In this document: one piece after another, positions 8,015-14,309 of the stretch
How the letters are laid out: every line of letters starts with the position of its first letter
Position numbering within the stretch: position 1 is the first letter of the stretch
Source: Promethearchaeia archaeon
Lineage (GTDB): Archaea; Asgardarchaeota; Lokiarchaeia; Sigyniarchaeales; SOKP01
Length of the DNA: 14,309 nucleotides
Direction of reading: 5' to 3'
Assembly (NCBI GenBank): GCA_029856105.1
Contig: JAHQWH010000223.1
Location: 1 to 14,309, forward strand
Position numbers and translations under genes: made by a program
Notes under the pieces: generated by a model
What the model was told of the DNA's origin: nothing
Seen by the model: only the letters and a program-made list of their open reading frames with translations
The model's database searches: none

Positions 8015-8111
8015 AATTGATTGATTAATGTAAAAAATATTTTAAAATTAAATAGGAAAAGAATAAGAACCTCTTATCAATTATTATTTAACAACAGATA
8101 AGAAATTATAT

Positions 8112-8285
8112 TTATTGTGCTCTATCAAATACAGTACCGCAACTACCGCATTTCATTCGTTTTTTATAAACTGGGGCTCCCTGCATTGAATAATAGAGCA
8201 CGTGTGTTTTATCAGGCTCTTCGTGTAATTTCCGAGGATTTTCTTCCCCACAACTTTCACATTTGGTTCTTTTAGTTTCTGTCAT
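8112..8285 (-). CDS. Small zinc-ribbon protein (57 aa), not in ORF track: MTETKRTKCESCGEENPRKLHEEPDKTHVLYYSMQGAPVYKKRMKCGSCGTVFDRAQ
   Basis: Hand translation from ATG 8285 to TAA 8112; two CxxCG knuckles; TATA-like TTTATA about 45 nt upstream. Confidence 0.85.
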   Translation of the reverse strand: MTETKRTKCESCGEENPRKLHEEPDKTHVLYYSMQGAPVYKKRMKCGSCGTVFDRAQ

Positions 8286-8567
8286 TTTTTTTTCTCAAAG
8301 GTGTTTTGAACAAATAATAGGTTTTATAAATTTAAATTTGGGTTTTACAATAAATTTGCGTTACCTCATCTCAAAAAATAAAAAGAATATTAATTTGATA
8401 TTTAAATAATTAATGATCTACTTATCAGCATTTCCTAGAACCCGTATTATTCTTTTCCTTTATAGCTTAAATGCTTTCCTGTTCCCATTCATAGGTTTAA
8501 GGGGCGTATTAGGTTTTTTATTCTTAAATCGCTTATAACCAAATTTTTTCAGTTTCTGTCTATTCTC

Positions 8568-9092
8568 TCAAATATTAGTTTTTTCAATGATCTCACTTAG
8601 AATTTCATCAATTGTTTTGTCTGTGGTGTTAATAACAATTTCTGCTGATGCTTTATAATAAGGTTCTCTTTGTTTCAATGCTCTTTCGATTTCTTTCATT
8701 GGATCTTCTTTGTCGATTACTGGTCTAGTCTCTTTCCCATCTTTCATTACCCTATTATAAATTTCTTTAGGGCTTGCTGTTAATAAAACGATATAACAAG
8801 TTTTTTTTAAATTTTCTATATTTACTTCGTTTAAAACAATTCCTCCCCCACATGATATAATTGTTTTTTTTAGTTTTGCTGATTTCCTACAAGCTTCAAT
8901 CTCGTATTCTCTAAATTTCGTTTCACCGTTTTCCGAAAAGATATTATGGATTGCTTTACCCGTCATCTCAATAATTAGTTGATCGGTTTCTATAAATTTA
9001 TAATCTTTTCCTAGATATTCCTTCAATGCCTTTCCTACTGTGGATTTACCCGTTGCCATAAAACCAATCAACGCAATAGAATCTTTAATCAT
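8568..9092 (-). CDS. aroK: Shikimate kinase, bacterial (NMP-kinase fold) type
   Basis: LIGFMATGKSTVG, TDxxI, GExxFRxxE, SCGGG, lid RP and RxPYY. Confidence 0.93.
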   Translation of the reverse strand: MIKDSIALIGFMATGKSTVGKALKEYLGKDYKFIETDQLIIEMTGKAIHNIFSENGETKFREYEIEACRKSAKLKKTIISCGGGIVLNEVNIENLKKTCYIVLLTASPKEIYNRVMKDGKETRPVIDKEDPMKEIERALKQREPYYKASAEIVINTTDKTIDEILSEIIEKTNI

Positions 9093-9193
9093 ACCAAATT
9101 AAACCAAATAGTATTTTTTTAATAAATCTAACTGCATTTCAATTTTTTTTCTTTGTTACCTGTGTCCTAATACCAAGAAAATAAGTAGAATAA

Positions 9194-9748
9194 TCATTTC
9201 ATTGAAAATCCGTGATTTCCTAAAATATCCTTTTGTAAACCTATGTAATTTCCATTAAGATATGCGAAGCAATTAAATTTTTCAGGGTCTAATCTATTAT
9301 TTGTTACAAATCGCGAATCAGAATGAGTTGCAACCACTTCTCCAAAATAACACACATGAGAACCTAGTTCTATTCGTTTTATTACCTTACACTCCATATT
9401 CCATGGAAATTCTTTGACCATAGGGACTTGAACTACGATACCTTGTTCTTTAGTTAGGTTTAAATCTTCCCATTTATTCACATCTCTTCCAGAACGCGTC
9501 CCACAATAATCCATTTCTCTCAATTGGTCTTTTGTAGGGTAATTGATCACAAACTCTCCATGTTTTTCAATTAATTTGTAGGAATGGCGCCTAGGTTGTA
9601 TTGAAATTGCGATAATTGGAGGTTTCATACATACTTTACCAACGTAAGCTAGAGTAATTAAATTCGCTTCCTCACCAATCCCTACAGATATAACCGTCGC
9701 AGGCATTGGAAACATCGTAATTCCCGTGTTAAGAGAAATCTTATTCAT
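9194..9748 (-). CDS. Flavin reductase family (flavoredoxin-like) protein
   Basis: PMPATVIS, NLITLA, GEFVIN, CGTRSGRDVNK, MECKV and LGSHxxxxGEVV. Confidence 0.92.
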   Translation of the reverse strand: MNKISLNTGITMFPMPATVISVGIGEEANLITLAYVGKVCMKPPIIAISIQPRRHSYKLIEKHGEFVINYPTKDQLREMDYCGTRSGRDVNKWEDLNLTKEQGIVVQVPMVKEFPWNMECKVIKRIELGSHVCYFGEVVATHSDSRFVTNNRLDPEKFNCFAYLNGNYIGLQKDILGNHGFSMK

Positions 9749-9855
9749 TTTTTAAATTCATCCTTTAATTGTTTTCTAATTATAGCTAAATAAATATAAA
9801 TTTATTTATTCTTAAACATATTAATAGTTTTAAATTTAATAATTATAGTAATAAA

Positions 9856-10725
9856 ATGCTAAAAAAACCATATATAACCGCTCGTACTAATGTTTTATGT
9901 GTTATTGGACACCCAATCGAACATAGTATGAGTCCGATAATGCATAATGCTGCCCTTAAAGATTTTTCTCTCGATTATGTATATGTCGCTTTTAATATTC
10001 CACCAAAAGACCTTAAAAAGGCAGTGTTAGGGTTTAAAATGTTTAATATAAAAGGAATAAATGTTACTATTCCATATAAAGAAAGAATTATCCCGTATTT
10101 AGATGAGATTGACCCACTTGCTGAAAAGATAGGTGCTGTTAATACTATAAAAAATAAAGGTAAATATTTGATTGGGAAAAACACAGACGCATCTGGGGCT
10201 AAAAAAGCTTTATTAGACGCGGGGTGCGAATTAACTGGAAAAAAAGCATTAATATTAGGCGCAGGAGGGGCGGCTAAAGCAGTTAGTTTTGCTATATCAG
10301 AGGATTTAGATGCGTTATATATAGCTAATAGAACCGAAAAACGAGCAATAAAATTAGCTAAGGATTTGACTAATAAAACGAATATTAAAGCAGTAGGAAA
10401 GAAAATGAGTATAAATACCCTGAAGAACTTAATAAATGACGTAGATATTTTAATAAACACTACTCCACTCGGGATGTATCCAGATATTGAAGAAACGCCG
10501 ATTTCTGAGGAAATGCTACACAATAAATTGTTTGTATTTGATATCCTATATAATCCTCGCGAAACTCGATTATTAAAAGAAGCTAAAAAAATTGGTTGCA
10601 AAACACTAGGTGGATTAGATATGTTTGTTAATCAAGGCGCTTTAGCATTTGAATGGTGGACTGGTAAAAAACCAAATTTAAATTTAATGAAAGAAAAAGT
10701 AGTTGAATTTTTAGGGAAAAAATAA
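9856..10725 (+). CDS. aroE: Shikimate dehydrogenase
   Basis: GHPIEHSMSP, NVTIPYK, IGAVNT, NTD, GAGGAA, NRT, INTTPLGM, DILYNP and GLDMFVNQG. Confidence 0.96.
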   Translation: MLKKPYITARTNVLCVIGHPIEHSMSPIMHNAALKDFSLDYVYVAFNIPPKDLKKAVLGFKMFNIKGINVTIPYKERIIPYLDEIDPLAEKIGAVNTIKNKGKYLIGKNTDASGAKKALLDAGCELTGKKALILGAGGAAKAVSFAISEDLDALYIANRTEKRAIKLAKDLTNKTNIKAVGKKMSINTLKNLINDVDILINTTPLGMYPDIEETPISEEMLHNKLFVFDILYNPRETRLLKEAKKIGCKTLGGLDMFVNQGALAFEWWTGKKPNLNLMKEKVVEFLGKK

Positions 10726-11636
10726 TGTTGGGTAAAAGATTTACTATTATTGGCGGTTCTGGCGGAATGGGTAAAGTTTTTGGAAGATTTTTTAAAAAAC
10801 ATGGTTTTACTATAACTTTATTTGCCCGAGACGAAGATAAACTAAAAAAAGCAGCAATAGAATTGGGTGTTAATTACGAGCTATCGCTTGAAAAAAGCGT
10901 TAAAAACGCCGACACCGTTATGATCTCGATCCCAATAAGCTCTACTCCTGATATGATAAGAAAAATAGCACCACTTTTGAAAGAAAATGCGATAGTCTTT
11001 GATATTACGTCTTTAAAATATGCCGTTTTTAAAGCCCTAACAGAAATAAAAACTAATTTTCCAGTAAATTGCATTTCACTACATCCCATGTTTGGTCCAG
11101 GAATAAAAGATATGAAAAACTATTTTATGATGGTATTAAAAGTTGGAGGAACTGACCAATACGACGAATTAATTAATGAACTTTTGGATTTATTTAAATT
11201 AGATGGATTAATAATTACTGAAACCTTACCAGAGATTCACGATAAGAGAATTGCTCTAACGTTAGGCGTACCTCACATGTTGAGCATTCTTTTTCTAAAT
11301 CTTCTTAATAGTACCAATGAACCTTTAAATGAATTAACCAGATACACAGGTACTACTTTCTTGCTTCAAAAAGTTTTTGCAGAGAGTATTATCCAGAGGG
11401 AAATGGAAATGTTTGGAGAAATCCAAATGGAAAATAAAGAGTTTCTTAAAATCTTAGATTTATTCGAAAAATTACTCCATAAATATAAAAAAATAATTGA
11501 AGAAAAAAATGTTATAGGTTTTAGCGAAATTTTTTCTCAAAGCTTAGAATATTCTAAAGAAGACGACTACTTTGAGAATTCTTACAAGTACTTTTATGAT
11601 TTTATGAATATTTTAAAAAGAGAAAATAAAAAATAA
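10725..11636 (+). CDS. tyrA: Prephenate dehydrogenase (stand-alone)
   Basis: IIGGSGGMG, DITSLK, SLHPMFGP and HD...PH; translationally coupled to aroE (TAATG overlap). Confidence 0.9.
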   Translation: MLGKRFTIIGGSGGMGKVFGRFFKKHGFTITLFARDEDKLKKAAIELGVNYELSLEKSVKNADTVMISIPISSTPDMIRKIAPLLKENAIVFDITSLKYAVFKALTEIKTNFPVNCISLHPMFGPGIKDMKNYFMMVLKVGGTDQYDELINELLDLFKLDGLIITETLPEIHDKRIALTLGVPHMLSILFLNLLNSTNEPLNELTRYTGTTFLLQKVFAESIIQREMEMFGEIQMENKEFLKILDLFEKLLHKYKKIIEEKNVIGFSEIFSQSLEYSKEDDYFENSYKYFYDFMNILKRENKK

Positions 11637-11640
11637 ATAT

Positions 11641-12009
11641 TTAATTAATTTTTGATCCACAGAACGCACAAAATTTTAACCCTTCTCTCTCAGAAAGTTG
11701 TACTCCACAGTTGTAGCAAAATGGGGAGTGTTTTTCAATTACGGGCTCACTTGCTTTATAAAATTTAACCTCTTGATAACTATTATCTTCGCTAGTTTTT
11801 AGAGGTGAATAATTATTGGTTTGTTCCGATAAATAGGGTCCGCAGTTAGCTTTACAGTGAATACAATGAGTTGGTTTTTTATCGTAGTAAATTGCGAGAT
11901 AAATAAGTAATCCAAACCCCGCTGTAAATATACACAAAATAATTACCAAACCTAAATCAATTTCTTCTCTCACTGTAAGAACATTCGTCTTACAATTAGG
12001 GCAATACAT
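11641..12009 (-). CDS. LITAF-like membrane zinc-finger protein with C-terminal zinc ribbon (paralog A, 122 aa)
   Basis: CPNC, a ~22-aa hydrophobic segment, HCIHC, a polar linker, then CYNCG...CAFCG. Confidence 0.8.
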   Translation of the reverse strand: MYCPNCKTNVLTVREEIDLGLVIILCIFTAGFGLLIYLAIYYDKKPTHCIHCKANCGPYLSEQTNNYSPLKTSEDNSYQEVKFYKASEPVIEKHSPFCYNCGVQLSEREGLKFCAFCGSKIN

Positions 12010-12026
12010 TGTTGTAATTTTTTTTT

Positions 12027-12034
12027 ACCTCCTT
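12027..12034 (-). promoter_or_regulatory. Strong SD AAGGAGGT upstream of paralog A
   Basis: Consensus SD, but 17 nt from the ATG at 12009. Confidence 0.5.
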
Positions 12035-12093
12035 TATCTATTTTCAGTAATATTATTTATTCTTTAATTAAATTTGAAATCAAGAGATTAAAA

Positions 12094-12114
12094 AAAATTT
12101 GGAGTCCAATTTTT
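12094..12114. promoter_or_regulatory. Imperfect 21-bp palindrome AAAATTTGGAGTCCAATTTTT (candidate operator)
   Basis: Core TTGGA-g-TCCAA is perfect; lies in a divergent promoter region near the TATA-like TTTTATATA (~12132-12140). Confidence 0.35.
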
Positions 12115-12219
12115 AAAAGAACATCTAAAATTTTTATATATTTCAATTTTAAAATCCGTGAGGTTATTAAAAATTAAGTTTAAATTAAAGTATATGAATC
12201 TAATTTAGAGAGTTCAACA

Positions 12220-12438
12220 ATGGAAAAATTAACATCGTTTCAGGTCTATAGTGCTGAAAATATTGGACCTATTAATATTTTGGTGGATAAAATATGGGTA
12301 AAAGATAATAGAATCTATTTCAGAGTACAAAAAATCTTATCAATTGAAAAACCATACTTGAGAAAAGAAAAAAGCCCCAATATTTATTCTATCCACAAAA
12401 ATGATTTATTTAGTATAAGATGTAGACTATATTTTTAA
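12220..12438 (+). CDS. Small beta-rich hypothetical protein (72 aa), possibly an Sm/SH3-like barrel
   Basis: Clean ORF between the two LITAF-like genes; alternating strand pattern; C-terminal YSIHKNDLFSI. Confidence 0.7.
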   Translation: MEKLTSFQVYSAENIGPINILVDKIWVKDNRIYFRVQKILSIEKPYLRKEKSPNIYSIHKNDLFSIRCRLYF

Positions 12439-12457
12439 TGGGGAATTATTTAATAAA

Positions 12458-12874
12458 TTAAACTTTCGTGCCACAATGTGTGCAGAAAGTAGCGTCCTTA
12501 TTTTCTAAGCGCTCTCCACAAAATGGACAGAAATTCAGTTGTATGGTTTTAACATCTTCAACCGATTCACTAATTCTATATTCATTTTTTTGCTGATTTT
12601 GAGTTTCAGTCTGAAAGCGATATGGATTTTGATCTTTTTGAGCTATTTGTTGCGCAGGTTGGGCGGAAGGAGCTGTTATTGTTGTAATTTGTGAGTGACA
12701 GTGAACACAACAATCTTCAGTTTTGCTATAATAAATTATTAAATATATAATAAGACCAATTCCTCCTGTAAAAATCAATAAAATTATTGCTAATGGCCAA
12801 TTTATGTCTTCTCTAACTAATAAAACATTTTGTTTGCAATTAGGACAAAATCCTGTGGGATTTCTTGTTGCCAT
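12458..12874 (-). CDS. LITAF-like membrane zinc-finger protein with C-terminal zinc ribbon (paralog B, 138 aa)
   Basis: CPNC, a hydrophobic segment, CCVHC, a Q-rich linker, then CPFCG...CTHCG; 32/50 identities to paralog A in the N-terminal domain (hand count). Confidence 0.8.
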   Translation of the reverse strand: MATRNPTGFCPNCKQNVLLVREDINWPLAIILLIFTGGIGLIIYLIIYYSKTEDCCVHCHSQITTITAPSAQPAQQIAQKDQNPYRFQTETQNQQKNEYRISESVEDVKTIQLNFCPFCGERLENKDATFCTHCGTKV

Positions 12875-13076
12875 ACTTATCGTCTTAATTTATTTTTAAA
12901 TTAACTTATTAATGCAAATGTATTAAGATATTGAATACACATTTTCCTTTAAATTTTTAATCAACCTTAAAACCTAAATTAGTTAAAATTCAAATGATTA
13001 ATAATATATAGAGAAATTACAATATTTTCCTATTAATTTTTATAGATTCAAATAATAATTTAACATGAAATAAACG

Positions 13077-13694
13077 ATGCAACAAACATTATTTATTGTT
13101 TTAGACGGAATTGATGGCTCAGGAACTACGACACATAGCAGATTATTGGCAGGCTTTTTAAGTTTGAAAGGTTTAAAGGTCCATTTAACTCACGAGCCTT
13201 CAAATAGCGAAATTGGAAAATTATTAAGAAATTTTTTGAAAGATGATAAAATTCCACCATCAACGGACGCCTTATTGTTTGCCGCTGACAGGGATCTTCA
13301 TTATAGAAATGAAATAAAAATGAAATTAGAAGAAGGTTATATTGTCATATCAGATAGGTATATTGAATCTTCTATTATATATCAATCATCTCAATCTGAA
13401 AAAATAACAATTGAATGGGTAAAGAGCTTAAATAAGTTTGCAGGTAAACCCGACTTAACAATTATTTTAGACATTGATCCTAAAATGTCATTAGCAAGAA
13501 AAAATCAAAGGGATTTAGAAAAATTCGAAGATACTTCATTTTTAGAACAAGTAAGAAAACTCTACATTACACGTGCCAAAGAAGAGGAGTATTTTATAAT
13601 AAATACTGACGATATAATTGAACTTGTTCAAGAAAAAATTCAACAGATTGTATTAAATAAACTAAAAGTTAAGGGGATTCAAGTTAAAGAATAA
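13077..13694 (+). CDS. tmk: Thymidylate (dTMP) kinase
   Basis: FIVLDGIDGSGTTT, THEP, LLFAADR, VISDRY, SSxxYQ and PDLTIILD. Confidence 0.93.
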   Translation: MQQTLFIVLDGIDGSGTTTHSRLLAGFLSLKGLKVHLTHEPSNSEIGKLLRNFLKDDKIPPSTDALLFAADRDLHYRNEIKMKLEEGYIVISDRYIESSIIYQSSQSEKITIEWVKSLNKFAGKPDLTIILDIDPKMSLARKNQRDLEKFEDTSFLEQVRKLYITRAKEEEYFIINTDDIIELVQEKIQQIVLNKLKVKGIQVKE

Positions 13695-13749
13695 ATTTTG
13701 TATAATATAATATTTTTTGTGTAAACCAAGAACTTACACGTGAAACAGA

Positions 13750-14309
13750 ATGAGTTATACAATAGCAGAAAAAATACTAAAAGAACATTCAAATCTTAAA
13801 GAGATATCGCCTGGACAATTTATCAATTCTGATATTGATTTGATAATGGTTCACGAACAATTAGGTGGAAGAATTCATATAGAATACGAGAAACTCGGAA
13901 TAGATTATGTATGGGATCCAGACAAGATTTTTTTCATATTAGATCACTGGGTACCTCCCCCCACGATATCCTCAGCCAAAATGCACCAAGACGCAAGAAA
14001 ATTTGCTGAGAAATATAAGTTCACTAATAACTATGGTTATCAATTAGACAAAGGCATATGTCATCAAGTTTTACCCGAAATGGGTTTTGCAAGACCCGGA
14101 ATGTTAATTGTGGGCTCTGATAGTCATACGACAACATACGGGGCTTTTAATTGTTTGTCCACCGGTATAGGTGCTACAGATGTTTCTGTCGTGTTTGCTA
14201 CGGGTAAGATGTGGTTTAAAGTTCCCGAATCGTTTAAAATTAATTTATCTGGCACTCTAGATAAAGGTGTAATGTCAAAAGATTTTATCTTAACATTGAT
14301 AGGAGATAT
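13750..14309 (+). CDS. leuC: 3-isopropylmalate dehydratase / homoaconitase-family large subunit (LeuC/HacA), truncated by the window end; not in ORF track
   Basis: Hand translation MSYTIAEKILKEH...MVHEQLG...LDHWVP...GICHQVLPE...PGMLIVGSDSHTTTYGAF...TGIGATD...WFKVPES. The family is clear but the exact substrate is uncertain. Confidence 0.88.
   Translation, partial: MSYTIAEKILKEHSNLKEISPGQFINSDIDLIMVHEQLGGRIHIEYEKLGIDYVWDPDKIFFILDHWVPPPTISSAKMHQDARKFAEKYKFTNNYGYQLDKGICHQVLPEMGFARPGMLIVGSDSHTTTYGAFNCLSTGIGATDVSVVFATGKMWFKVPESFKINLSGTLDKGVMSKDFILTLIGD

Noticed and set aside
8460-8570. TGA read-through (selenocysteine) of aroK giving a 35-aa Lys-rich extension
   Set aside because: AroK is already full length, the TGA is not at a Cys-equivalent catalytic position, and no convincing SECIS was seen.
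9975-10601. 208-aa minus-strand ORF
   Set aside because: Antisense shadow of aroE; no motifs.
10874-11089. 71-aa minus-strand ORF
   Set aside because: Antisense within tyrA.
12415-12438. CaaX motif at the end of the 72-aa protein (CRLYF)
   Set aside because: The Cys is fifth from the C-terminus, not fourth.
12650-12680. TAPSAQP in LITAF-like paralog B as a P(S/T)AP ESCRT-I-binding motif
   Set aside because: Not an exact PSAP/PTAP, and absent from paralog A.
1-14309. tRNA, rRNA, CRISPR array, transposase/integrase or defence genes
   Set aside because: No cloverleaf, spaced direct repeats or recognisable catalytic motifs found by eye; intergenic regions are short.

Overview
AT-rich, gene-dense archaeal chromosome segment, most likely from an Asgard archaeon of the Lokiarchaeia type. 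This is inferred from the longin-like protein, the small zinc-ribbon proteins, TATA-like and oligo-T intergenic regions and GGAG(G)TGA-type ribosome-binding sites; it was not verified by a search. Metabolic genes include two tandem FAH-family hydrolases, a ThiW-type ECF S component, an HSDL2-like SDR, adk, a TLP1-like thiolase, a flavin reductase, tmk and a 3'-truncated LeuC/HacA-family subunit. A loosely clustered aromatic-pathway set (aroD, bacterial-type aroK, aroE-tyrA) is also present. The most interesting elements are: (i) two paralogous LITAF-like membrane zinc-finger genes flanking a small beta-barrel-like gene; (ii) a structured, apparently bistable ~60-nt leader between a putative promoter and the SD of the FAH operon (candidate riboswitch or cis-regulatory RNA); (iii) a longin-domain protein; (iv) a 57-aa zinc-ribbon gene missed by the ORF track; (v) a stand-alone P-loop NTPase of unknown function. 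No tRNA, rRNA, CRISPR array or transposase was seen.
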